DNA of 64,000 bases from Mycobacteriales bacterium (GTDB lineage: Bacteria > Actinomycetota > Actinomycetes > JAFAQI01), in NCBI GenBank assembly GCA_035695045.1, contig DASSEX010000051.1, forward strand, positions 73,543 to 137,542. Reading direction: 5' to 3'. This document shows, one piece after another, positions 9,588 through 18,428 of this stretch (positions are counted from its first letter, which is position 1; each line of letters opens with the position of its first letter). A model generated the notes under the pieces. That model had not been told where the DNA came from and searched no databases. It saw only the letters and a program-made list of their open reading frames with translations. The position numbers were made by a program, and so were the translations under genes.

Positions 9588-9664
9588 GGCCATCGAAGGT
9601 GGGTCCCACGCCCGAGCGGGCGGACCCGGCGACAAGCGCCGGTCTCGAAAGAGGGGGAACACCC

Positions 9665-10078
9665 ATGCGGATGCCAGTCAAGCTCGCCGCCGTCGCCGTC
9701 ACCACGGTCACGGCACTCGGTGCGACCGCCGGCGCGGCCAACGCCTACGACTGCTTCAACGCCAGTCGCTCCGCCCAGGGCGACGTCAGCGCCGCGGCCA
9801 ACTCCGGCAACTGGTGGAGCGTCCCGGAGATCCTCTCCGCGTTGGCCGGGCTCAGTCCGGACCAGGTCGACCAGGTGATGGCGGTGGTCAACCAGGACCC
9901 CCGCGTCCCGGCGAACTTCACCGTCTTCCTCAACCCCGCGCACGTCGGCGAGCTCGCGACGAACATGCGCGCCGATCTCGCCACCAACGGCAAGGGGATC
10001 GACCACTCCGACGACTACCCGACGCCGGTGTTCGACGCGCTGATCGAGGACGTGTTCATCGGCCTCGGCGGGTCGTGA
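9665..10078 (+). CDS. Small secreted hypothetical protein
   Basis: RBS GAGGGGG, signal peptide ending ANA, motifs YDCFNASRSAQG and GKGIDH. Confidence 0.75.
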   Translation: MRMPVKLAAVAVTTVTALGATAGAANAYDCFNASRSAQGDVSAAANSGNWWSVPEILSALAGLSPDQVDQVMAVVNQDPRVPANFTVFLNPAHVGELATNMRADLATNGKGIDHSDDYPTPVFDALIEDVFIGLGGS

Positions 10079-10470
10079 GCATCGACCACGGCGCCACCCT
10101 GATCCTGCGGGCCGGCTGCCCGGGCGACATCGCCCGGGCAGCCGCGCTCCTGGGTCGATGGCCGGTCATCCCCGCTGCCGGACGGCTGATGGTGCTGGCC
10201 GACGTCGCGGCGGACGACGCGGCGATGGTCCGCGCGACGGCGGTCGTCCGCCCCACGGACGCCATCTGGGTGGTCGACCTCGCAGCGATCGACGACCGGT
10301 GGCCCCCGGTGGCGGCTGCACTCGTGAGCCAGCTGTGCGCTGCGGCGGCAGCGACGGGCGCCGTACGCGTCAGCTTCGCTCCCGCAGCGGCCGGGCCGCT
10401 CGCGGACACGTTGCTCGCCAGCTCGTCAGCGACACTGTGCGCCGGCGGCTGGGTCCTGGTCGATGTCTGA
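10075..10470 (+). CDS. Hypothetical protein, possibly a degenerate GNAT fold
   Basis: GTGA overlap with the upstream gene; the segment AAALVSQLCAAAAATGAVRV resembles GNAT motif A/B spacing but lacks the R/Q-x-x-G-x-G loop. Confidence 0.5.
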   Translation: MSIDHGATLILRAGCPGDIARAAALLGRWPVIPAAGRLMVLADVAADDAAMVRATAVVRPTDAIWVVDLAAIDDRWPPVAAALVSQLCAAAAATGAVRVSFAPAAAGPLADTLLASSSATLCAGGWVLVDV

Positions 10471-10516
10471 CCCGAAGCGTCGGACACCGCACATCCGTTC
10501 CGGAACAATCGGGCGG

Positions 10517-13500
10517 GTGCGCATCGACGTCCTCGGCCCGCTCCGAGTGAGCGACGACGCGCACACCATCGAGATCTCGCGGCCGAAGGAGCGAGCACTG
10601 CTCGCGGCGCTCGCCACGGAAGCCGGCTCGGTCGTGTCGATCGACCGGCTCGTGACACACCTGTGGGGCGAGGAGCCGCCGCCCGCGGCAATCGGGTCGT
10701 TGCACGCGTATGTGTCGAACCTCCGGCGGCTGCTCGAACCGGATCGTCCCCCGCGCGCACCGAGCACTCTCCTGGTCAGCCGCGCACCGGGCTACCTGCT
10801 CGCCGTGGAACCGGCCGACATCGACGCCGTCCGCTTCGAGCGGATGACGGCGGACGCACGGGAGATGTTCGCCGGTGGCGACGCCGCCGCCGCAGCAGCG
10901 ATGCTCGACGATGCTCTCGCCCTGTGGCGCGGCCCCGCCTTCGCCGACTTCCCGTACGACGACTTCGCGCAGCCGGCCATCCGGCGACTCGACGAGCTGC
11001 GGGCCGCCGCGACCGAAGACCGCGCCGACGCTCTGCTCGCCCTCCGTCGCCACGACGAGGTCATCGCCGACTGTGAGGCGGCGCTGGCCATCGACCCGCT
11101 CCGCGAGCGGGTCTGGTCGCAGCTCGTCGTCGCCCTGTACCGCGCAGGCCGACAGGGCGACGCGCTGACGGCATACCGGCGAGCCAAGGCGGCTCTGGAC
11201 GAGATCGGCCTGGAGCCGGGAGCGACGCTTCGGCGGCTCGAGCAGGCTGTGCTCGAACAGTCCGCGGAGCTCGACGCGCCTCCGTCGCCATCCCGCCCGG
11301 TCGCCCTCACCTCGGGTCCGACGACCCCGACCCGGCCGGCCATCGTCGGCCGGGCGGACGCGCTCGCGGCCTGCCACGACGTCGTCGCAGACGTCGCGCT
11401 CGGCGCGGCCCGCGTTCTCGTGGTGTCGGGCGAACCCGGCATCGGTAAGACCGCGCTGGCCGACGCGCTGCTCCACCAGGCTCGCGACACGGGCATGCGG
11501 ACCGCTGTCGCGCGATGCCCGGAAGGCGGAGGCGCGCCTGCGCTGTGGCCGTGGATGCAGCTGCTCCGGCAGCTCGACGTCGACGCGTCCGACGACCGGA
11601 TCGCGCCGCTGCTGACCGATGCGGACGAGCCGGCCGTGGCCGGCAGCCGGCGGCTGTTCGCCGGCGTGCTCGACGTCGTGCGCTCCGTCACCCGGTTCGG
11701 TCCGCTTGCGCTGCTCGTGGACGACGTGCAGTGGGCGGACGAAGTCAGCCAAGCCCTCCTGCAGCTCGCCGTGGTCGACCTCGTCGACGCACCGGTGCTG
11801 CTGGTCGTGACGCTGCGCGACCCGAGCGACGAGCGAAGCCGTTCCTTCGACGACACGCGATCCGCGCTGGCGCGGGCATCGCACGCCCGGCACATCGCAC
11901 TTGGCGGGCTGGACGTCGCGGAGCTCGCTGAGCTCGTCGACACGCTGGACGTCTCCGCGGATGCCGACGCGGTCCGGGCGTTGCACGGCCGCACCGCCGG
12001 CAACCCGTTCTTCGCGACGCAGCTCGTCGGCCTGCTGTCCGCAACCGGTCCGCTCGACGAGCAGCACGTTCGCGCCGCCGCGCTTCCGACAGGAGTCCGG
12101 GACGTCGTACGGCGCCGACTCGCTCGGTTCCCCGACGACGCCAACGCAGTGCTCGCGGTTGCTGCCGTCGCCGGACCGGAGGTGTCGCTCGGCGTGCTCG
12201 AGCGAGTCGCCGGTGTCAGCGAGGAGCAGCTGCTCCAGATCCTCGACCTGCTCACCGCTGCCGGCCTGCTGGTCGAGTCGGCGGAGCTTCCGGGCGTCTA
12301 CCGGTTCGGTCACGACCTGATGCGCGACGCGATCGCGGACGCGTTGCCCGGCATCCGCCGTGCGCGGCTGCACCACCGGATCGCCGAGGCGATTGTCGAC
12401 GTGCACGGCGAACACGACCGTCGGGTGGCGCACGAGCTCGCGCGGCACAGCGTCGCGGCCGTCGCCGTCGGCGGCGCGTCGGTCGCCATCCGGAGGCTGA
12501 TCTGGAGCTCACGGATCGCGTTGATCGACCTCGCCCTCGAGCTCTCCGAACGCCAGCTGACGACCGCCCTCACCTTGCTCGACGAGGTCACGGACCCCGT
12601 CGAGCGCGACGCACTCGAGGTCCAGGCCCAGTCGAGACTCGGACAGGTGCTGTTCCACAAGCCGGAGCGGCGCGGCGAGGCCAACGTCCGCAACCAGCAG
12701 GCGCTGCGGCTGTGCCGGCCCGACGACCCGGAGCAGCTCGGCGGAGTGCTGCTCGGGATCGGGTGCTACGCGCCCCTCGCCGGTGAGTTCGCCGAGGCGC
12801 TGCGCGCCGGCCGACAGCTGCTCGACCACGCGCTCGCGACGGGGCACGAGCAGCTCGAAGCGGCCGCGCACTACGTGCTGTCGATGCAGTTGTTCACTGG
12901 CGACGTACCGGCCGCTCGCCGCCACATCGACCGTGCGTTGGCGTTGTGCGAGGACATCGGCGAGTCGCAGGCGCCGGCGATGTGGGTGTCCATCCCGGTG
13001 CCCACGCAGCTCGGCGTCCGCTCGCTCGTGCTGGCGCTCGACGACGATGCCGACTGGGTCGCGTCCGCGATGTCAGCGGTGGCGGACGCGCGGCGTCGGC
13101 GCAACAGCTGGGCCATGTCGTGGGCGGCCGCGTTCGGCGCGCTGGCTGCCGTGACCCGACACGATGTCGACACCCTGCCGCGGATCCTCGAGGTTGCTCG
13201 CGAGAGCGGCGCAGGCGTGGAGCACACCGATGCGCTCCTCGACGCGTGCACGGCCTGGCATGCGGTGGTGAGCGGCGCGACGCCGCTTGCCGCCGGGCTT
13301 CGCATCATCGACGAGTGCGTCGAGCGACTTCGCGCCTCGGGAGACGGCATGTTCCAGGTCCCGGTCGCAGCCCTGGCTGTCGAGCTGCTGGCGAATGCCG
13401 GGCTTCACGACGTGGCCGAGGTGCGGCGCGGTCGCGTCGAGAGCGACGCCCGCGCGCTCGGTCACGAGACGTGGCTCGGACTGCTCCGCCGCATCGAGGA

Positions 13501-13522
13501 TCAGGTGACGGGCGCGCCCTGA
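10517..13522 (+). CDS. AfsR/SARP-family transcriptional regulator (wHTH-BTAD-AAA ATPase-helical repeats)
   Basis: VLGPL start motif, LHAYVSNLRR wHTH, BTAD (DPLRER...LYRAGRQGDAL), Walker A GEPGIGKT, Walker B LLVDDVQWAD, GNPFF. Confidence 0.88.
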   Translation: MRIDVLGPLRVSDDAHTIEISRPKERALLAALATEAGSVVSIDRLVTHLWGEEPPPAAIGSLHAYVSNLRRLLEPDRPPRAPSTLLVSRAPGYLLAVEPADIDAVRFERMTADAREMFAGGDAAAAAAMLDDALALWRGPAFADFPYDDFAQPAIRRLDELRAAATEDRADALLALRRHDEVIADCEAALAIDPLRERVWSQLVVALYRAGRQGDALTAYRRAKAALDEIGLEPGATLRRLEQAVLEQSAELDAPPSPSRPVALTSGPTTPTRPAIVGRADALAACHDVVADVALGAARVLVVSGEPGIGKTALADALLHQARDTGMRTAVARCPEGGGAPALWPWMQLLRQLDVDASDDRIAPLLTDADEPAVAGSRRLFAGVLDVVRSVTRFGPLALLVDDVQWADEVSQALLQLAVVDLVDAPVLLVVTLRDPSDERSRSFDDTRSALARASHARHIALGGLDVAELAELVDTLDVSADADAVRALHGRTAGNPFFATQLVGLLSATGPLDEQHVRAAALPTGVRDVVRRRLARFPDDANAVLAVAAVAGPEVSLGVLERVAGVSEEQLLQILDLLTAAGLLVESAELPGVYRFGHDLMRDAIADALPGIRRARLHHRIAEAIVDVHGEHDRRVAHELARHSVAAVAVGGASVAIRRLIWSSRIALIDLALELSERQLTTALTLLDEVTDPVERDALEVQAQSRLGQVLFHKPERRGEANVRNQQALRLCRPDDPEQLGGVLLGIGCYAPLAGEFAEALRAGRQLLDHALATGHEQLEAAAHYVLSMQLFTGDVPAARRHIDRALALCEDIGESQAPAMWVSIPVPTQLGVRSLVLALDDDADWVASAMSAVADARRRRNSWAMSWAAAFGALAAVTRHDVDTLPRILEVARESGAGVEHTDALLDACTAWHAVVSGATPLAAGLRIIDECVERLRASGDGMFQVPVAALAVELLANAGLHDVAEVRRGRVESDARALGHETWLGLLRRIEDQVTGAP

Positions 13523-13932
13523 GCGGACGCCTCGCGCAGCCGGCGCGCAAGCCCGGCGAGCAGCTTGCGGGAGAGGCCGGGGACGTCATCGACGGCGGCG
13601 TAGAACTCGCGGCTCGACAACAGGACGGCCTGGGTGTCACGCAGCGCCGTCACGGTTGCGGTGCGAGGGCCGGGGTCGAGCAGGGCCGTCTCGCCGACGT
13701 AGGCGCCCGGCCCGAGCTTGGCCACCGTCTCTCCCCCGCTGGTCACCCCGACCTCTCCATCGACGAGAGCGAAGAACTCGTGCCCGGCCTCGCCCTCGGT
13801 CATCAGCACGTCGCCGGCTGAGAAGTCGACCACCTCGGCGTGCCGAGCCAGCCGGTCCAGCTCGCGATCGGTGCAGGCGGAGAACAGCGCGATCTCGGAC
13901 AGCAGCTTCTGCCGGTCGTTCTTCGCGAACAT
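13501..13932 (-). CDS. Stand-alone cyclic nucleotide-binding domain protein
   Basis: Phosphate-binding cassette GAYVGETALLDPGPRTATVTA; ATG 13932 with RBS GGGGG; no HTH domain. Confidence 0.85.
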   Translation of the reverse strand: MFAKNDRQKLLSEIALFSACTDRELDRLARHAEVVDFSAGDVLMTEGEAGHEFFALVDGEVGVTSGGETVAKLGPGAYVGETALLDPGPRTATVTALRDTQAVLLSSREFYAAVDDVPGLSRKLLAGLARRLREASAQGAPVT

Positions 13933-14034
13933 GTGGTCCCCCTGGGTCGGCCGAGCGGGTGCGAGCGTTCCCAGTCTCGGCAGGTGAGCAGCCCGTGTCG
14001 ACGGAGGTTCATCCCCGCCCACGGCGGGCACGAG

Positions 14035-14078
14035 TGTGACATCTGTCATGTTCCTATGTGACACCGATAAGCGTTACA
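14035..14078. promoter_or_regulatory. Palindromic operator-like sites (CRP/GlxR-like) in a divergent promoter
   Basis: TGTGA-catctg-TCATG (14035-14050, containing the perfect inverted repeat TGACA-tc-TGTCA); a second TGTGAC...GTTACA imperfect inverted repeat starts at 14057. Confidence 0.4.
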
Positions 14079-14116
14079 TTGACGAAAGCCGTCGACCACG
14101 ACCGGACGGAGACGTC

Positions 14117-16012
14117 ATGGCCCTGCCCACGCAGCTGCTCAGCGCCGGCATCGCCCCAGCCCGCGGGTTCCCGCCGGCCCAGGTCATCCCCGCGACGATC
14201 GTCGCCGTCCTCCTGACGGCCGCCGTGGCGTACGGCGCCTGGCGCTACCGCCAGGGCCGGCTGCCGGTGCTCGACCGGGTGGCGAACGCCGCCGGGGCGC
14301 GGAGCGGCCTGCCGGGCTGGGCCGCGCTGCCCTCCCTCATGACCGGCGTGAGCCTTCTCATCGCCGTCTTCGGCTTCTACTGGGACGTCGCCTGGCACAT
14401 CGACAAGGGCCGCGACAACGGCCCGTTCGGCACGCCGGCGCACTACTTCATCATCGTCGGCTTGTTGGGCATCGCCCTCGCGGGCGTGACCTCGGTCGTC
14501 CTCGACAAGGACAACCATGCGCAGGGCGTGCGGCTGCGGCCGGGCTGGCGCGTCAGCATCGGCGGCGCGCTCCTGCTGCTGTGCGGCATGATCGCCCTCG
14601 CCGGCTTCCCGCTCGACGACCTCTGGCACACGATGTTCGGCCAGGACGTGACGCTCTGGGGGCCGACGCACATCCAGATGATCGGCGGCGCCTCGCTCGC
14701 GACGCTCGGCACCTGGATCCTCGAGGAGGAGGGTCGCCGGCGTAACCCCGACCGGCGTCGCGCGGTCGCCCGGCGCGGTGGCCTTCTCGGCTTCGTCGTC
14801 GGCCGCTCCGACATCATCGCGGCGGGAGCGTTCCTCGTCGGCCTGTCCACGTTGCAGGGTGAGTTCGACTTCGGTGTGCCACAGTTCCGCGCCGTCTACC
14901 AACCGATTCTCATCATGCTGGCGGCCGGCATCGGGCTCGTCACCGCGCGCATCCGCGCCGGACGCGGCGGCGCACTCGGCGCCGTACTCGTCTTCCTCGT
15001 CATCCGCGGTGGACTGACGCTGATCATCGCTCCTGGCCTGGGCCGCAGCACGCTGCACTTTCCGCTCTACATCGTCGAGGCGTTGCTCGTCGAGGCGGTC
15101 GCGTTCGCCGTCAGCCCCCAGCGGCAGGTGACGTTCGGCGCGGTCAGCGGTCTGCTGATCGGCACCGTCGGACTTGCGGCGGAGTGGGGTTGGAGCCACA
15201 TCTGGATGCCGCTGCCGTGGACGGCGGCGATGTGGCCGCTCGCAGCCGTCCTCGGCTTCGTGGCGGCGGTCGCCGCCGGTGTGCTCGGCGGCCTCGCCGG
15301 GCGTGCTCTTCTGCCCGAGGACGCACCCCGCCAGCGCTCCCCTCGCCTGGTCGTGCCGGTCGCCTGGGCGGTGGCCTTCGCGACGCTCGCGCTCGCGCTG
15401 CCGATGAGCGCGCACTCCGACTACAAGGCGACCGTGACGTTGCAGAGCGTCAGCAACTCGCCGCAGCGCAGCGTGCTGGCAACCGTCAAGCTCGACCCGC
15501 CGCAGGCCGCCGACAACGCCACCTGGTTCGACATCACGTCGTGGCAGGGCGGAACGGGCACCTACAACAGCTCGGTGACCGGACAGTGGGTGGTCCCGCT
15601 GCGGCCGGTCGCCGGGCAACCCGGGACCTACCGCACGACCACCCCCGTGCCCGTCTACGGCAAGTGGAAGACGCTGCTGCGGTTGGCGACGGTCAGCAGC
15701 CTGCAGGCGATGCCGATCTACCTGCCCGCCGACCCGGCGATCCCGGCGCAGGGTGTGGCCGCGCCGGCGAAGTTCACGCGCGCCTTCGAGCCGGACAAGA
15801 AGATCCTGCAGCGTGAAGCCGTCGGCGGATCGGTCGCGCTGCAGCGGGCGGCGTACATCGCGCTCGGTGTCATCGGGCTCATCTGGATCGGCGCGGTCGC
15901 GTTCGGTCTCCGCCGCCTCGACCGGGTCGAGCGACGTCCGACCGACCGGTTCACCCGCGGGCTGCTCGGTACGGCGTCCAAGCGACGAAGCGGGCGTCCC
16001 GTTCAGGCGTGA
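14117..16012 (+). CDS. Multi-pass membrane protein with duplicated D-x-x-W-H...H motifs and an extracytoplasmic C-terminal domain
   Basis: More than ten hydrophobic segments; motifs WDVAWHIDKGRD...PAHY and LDDLWHTMFGQD...PTHI; RBS GGAG before ATG 14117. Confidence 0.75.
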   Translation: MALPTQLLSAGIAPARGFPPAQVIPATIVAVLLTAAVAYGAWRYRQGRLPVLDRVANAAGARSGLPGWAALPSLMTGVSLLIAVFGFYWDVAWHIDKGRDNGPFGTPAHYFIIVGLLGIALAGVTSVVLDKDNHAQGVRLRPGWRVSIGGALLLLCGMIALAGFPLDDLWHTMFGQDVTLWGPTHIQMIGGASLATLGTWILEEEGRRRNPDRRRAVARRGGLLGFVVGRSDIIAAGAFLVGLSTLQGEFDFGVPQFRAVYQPILIMLAAGIGLVTARIRAGRGGALGAVLVFLVIRGGLTLIIAPGLGRSTLHFPLYIVEALLVEAVAFAVSPQRQVTFGAVSGLLIGTVGLAAEWGWSHIWMPLPWTAAMWPLAAVLGFVAAVAAGVLGGLAGRALLPEDAPRQRSPRLVVPVAWAVAFATLALALPMSAHSDYKATVTLQSVSNSPQRSVLATVKLDPPQAADNATWFDITSWQGGTGTYNSSVTGQWVVPLRPVAGQPGTYRTTTPVPVYGKWKTLLRLATVSSLQAMPIYLPADPAIPAQGVAAPAKFTRAFEPDKKILQREAVGGSVALQRAAYIALGVIGLIWIGAVAFGLRRLDRVERRPTDRFTRGLLGTASKRRSGRPVQA

Positions 16013-16054
16013 CCAGTCCGGACAGGCAGCGGCCCGCCAGACACCGGCGGACCC

Positions 16055-16131
16055 GAGCGAACGTGATCAACTTCTCCGGCTGTTGAGCCTCCAGACTGGG
16101 AACAGCAGCCCCAAGATGATCACGTTCGCTC
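16055..16131. repeat. Long palindromic element between convergent genes
   Basis: Perfect 15-bp arms GAGCGAACGTGATCA / TGATCACGTTCGCTC enclosing inner stems (GCTGTT/AACAGC, CCAG/CTGG). Confidence 0.7.
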
Positions 16132-16151
16132 AGGAGGGCCGTCGCTGAGGT

Positions 16152-17525
16152 TCAGGCGACGGCTTTCTCCAGGTCTGCGAGCGCGTCCTCGAGATGAGTC
16201 AGCAGCCGTTGCAGGTGCGGGACGCTACGACGACAACCGATGAGGCCGAACTCCATGTTGCCGGCGTACGACGTCACCGTGAGGTTGAGCGCCTGGTACA
16301 TCGTCGGGATCGACAACGGATAGACACCCTGGAGCTTCGCGCCGTTCCAGTACAGCGGTTGCGTCGGACCGGGCACGTTGCTGATGACGAGGTTGTAGGG
16401 CGGCGGCGTCAGCCCACCGAGGCCACCCGGCGCGAACGTCAGCAGCAGCGGAAGCATCATCGCCGCGCTGACTGCCGTCGCCTGCAGCTGGTCCAGACCC
16501 GCGAACAGGTCCTTGCCCTGCTGCATCGACGCGTGGATGCGCTCCAGTCTCCTGCCGGGGTCGGACTCCGTCGTCGCGAGGTTGCAGAGGATGGTGCCGA
16601 CCGCGTTGCCCGTCGACTCCTCGTCGTCGTCACGTCGCAACGACACGGGAGTCATCGCGACGAGGTCGCGGTCGGGCAGCTGTCCCTGCTCCAGAAGGTA
16701 GGCGCGCAAGGCGCCGGCCGACATCGCCAGCAGGACGTCGTTGACGGTGGCGTCGCTCGACTTCGCGATCGACTTGATTCGTTCGAGCGACCACGACTGA
16801 GCAGCGAAACGACGCGCGCCCGTGATCGGGACGTTGAGCATGCTGCGAGGTGCCTGCAGCGGCAGCATCGTCTGCTGCTCGCGAATGCCGCGCTCGAGGA
16901 TGCGCAACGTCTTCGGCGCCAGCTTGAGCATGTCGGCGGCAGCGTGCACCGCCGCTGACGGCAGCGCAGTGAGGCCACCCCCGTCGCCGCTCGACCTGCG
17001 GCGCTTGTGCAGTGCGGGCTCCCAGAAGGTCGGCTGCGACCGGTTGTCGGGATCCGGGCTCAGCGTGCGCTGCAACAGGCGCAGGCCCGAGATGCCGTCC
17101 ATCAGCGAGTGGTGAAGCTTGGTGTAGACGGCGAAGCGGTTCTCGGTCAGCCCTTCGATGACGTGCATCTCCCACAGCGGCCGCTGCCGGTCGAGCAGCG
17201 TGCCGTGCAGCCGCGACACCAGTGCGAGCAGCTCGCGAACCCGACCCGGCTCGGGGAGCCCCGAGTGACGCACGTGGTGCTCGAGGTCGACGTCGTCGTC
17301 GTCGACCCAGGCCCACTGACCCGCTGTCGACCACGAGCGATGCGGACGACGGCGGAAGAGGGGCGCGATGTCCGTGGTGCCGAGAAGCTCTTCGTAGGTC
17401 TCCCGGATCAGCGAACGGTCGGCACCCTCCGGCAGCTCGAACAGCTGGAGTGAACCCACGTGCATCGGCTGCTCGCGGGACTCGGGGATCAGGAACATCG
17501 AGTCCTGCGGCGGCATCAACGCCAT
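16152..17525 (-). CDS. Wax ester synthase / diacylglycerol acyltransferase (WS/DGAT)
   Basis: DSMFL...PMHVG N-terminus, catalytic HHSLMDG, TVNDV, NLVISNVPGP. Confidence 0.93.
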   Translation of the reverse strand: MALMPPQDSMFLIPESREQPMHVGSLQLFELPEGADRSLIRETYEELLGTTDIAPLFRRRPHRSWSTAGQWAWVDDDDVDLEHHVRHSGLPEPGRVRELLALVSRLHGTLLDRQRPLWEMHVIEGLTENRFAVYTKLHHSLMDGISGLRLLQRTLSPDPDNRSQPTFWEPALHKRRRSSGDGGGLTALPSAAVHAAADMLKLAPKTLRILERGIREQQTMLPLQAPRSMLNVPITGARRFAAQSWSLERIKSIAKSSDATVNDVLLAMSAGALRAYLLEQGQLPDRDLVAMTPVSLRRDDDEESTGNAVGTILCNLATTESDPGRRLERIHASMQQGKDLFAGLDQLQATAVSAAMMLPLLLTFAPGGLGGLTPPPYNLVISNVPGPTQPLYWNGAKLQGVYPLSIPTMYQALNLTVTSYAGNMEFGLIGCRRSVPHLQRLLTHLEDALADLEKAVA

Positions 17526-17610
17526 GGCAAGGCTCCTCCTTCGGAAGTCCGCTGTCCGGAATGCGCGGGTTCCTCTTGTTGTCACCCGGCCCGGGCCCGG
17601 CGACACCCCA

Positions 17611-17660
17611 TTCTCCCGCCCAACCGACCGTCGAGGTTCTCCCGCCCAACCGACCGTCGA
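17611..17660 (+). repeat. Tandem 24-bp direct repeat
   Basis: TTCTCCCGCCCAACCGACCGTCGA at 17611-17634 and 17637-17660. Confidence 0.85.
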
Positions 17661-17664
17661 TCAG

Positions 17665-17685
17665 GAATGGAAACCGTTTCCATTC
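17665..17685. promoter_or_regulatory. Zur/Fur-box operator
   Basis: Perfect 10-1-10 palindrome GAATGGAAAC-C-GTTTCCATTC, resembling the actinobacterial Zur box; immediately upstream of the -10 TACGGT of the ZIP-zur operon. Confidence 0.75.
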
Positions 17686-17702
17686 TGGGCTACGGTCGGG
17701 AC

Positions 17703-18428
17703 GTGCCCGTTCTCGTCGCTCTGGCCGCCGTGGCCTCGACCGCTCTCGGCGGGATGTTCGCGCTGCGGCATCGCGACCAGCTGCATCTGATCCTCGGCTT
17801 CACCGCGGGCGTCATCGTCGGCGTGGTGCTCTTCGACGTCCTACCGGAGATCAACGCGCTCAGCCAGCGCACCGGACTCGGGTTCCGCACGGTCATGATC
17901 GCGCTTGCGGTCAGCTTCCTCTTCTTCCACGGCATGGAGAAGTGGCTCCTCGTGCACAACGCTCACGAGCACGAGTACGCCGGCCATCACCATCCGCAGG
18001 TCGGGGTGGCCTCCGCGCTCGCGCTGGCCGGCCACAGCCTGACCGACGGCATCGCGATCGGGCTGGCCTTCCAGGTCGGCGGCGCTGTCGGTGTCGCCGT
18101 CGCGATCGCGGTCATCGGGCACGACTTCGCCGACGGGCTCAACACCGTCTCGCTCATGCTGACGCATGGAAACACCCGGCGGCGAGCAGCGATGCTGCTC
18201 GCACTCGACGCCGTGACGCCGGTCGTCGGCGCGGCGCTGACATTGCTGTTCACCGTCCCCGACAAGGGACTGCTCATCTACCTCGGGGTCTTCGCCGGCT
18301 TCCTGCTCTACATCGGCGCGAGCGACATCCTGCCGGAAGCACACGCAGACCATCCGTCGCTTGCCACGCTGTCACTGACGGTCGCGGGCGCGGCGATGAT
18401 GTACGCCGTCACGGAGGTGCTCCCGTGA
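17703..18428 (+). CDS. ZIP-family (ZupT-like) divalent metal transporter
   Basis: His-rich loop HNAHEHEYAGHHHP, GHSLTDG and IGHDFADG metal-binding helices, LPEAH; leaderless-type GTG start. Confidence 0.88.
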   Translation: MPVLVALAAVASTALGGMFALRHRDQLHLILGFTAGVIVGVVLFDVLPEINALSQRTGLGFRTVMIALAVSFLFFHGMEKWLLVHNAHEHEYAGHHHPQVGVASALALAGHSLTDGIAIGLAFQVGGAVGVAVAIAVIGHDFADGLNTVSLMLTHGNTRRRAAMLLALDAVTPVVGAALTLLFTVPDKGLLIYLGVFAGFLLYIGASDILPEAHADHPSLATLSLTVAGAAMMYAVTEVLP

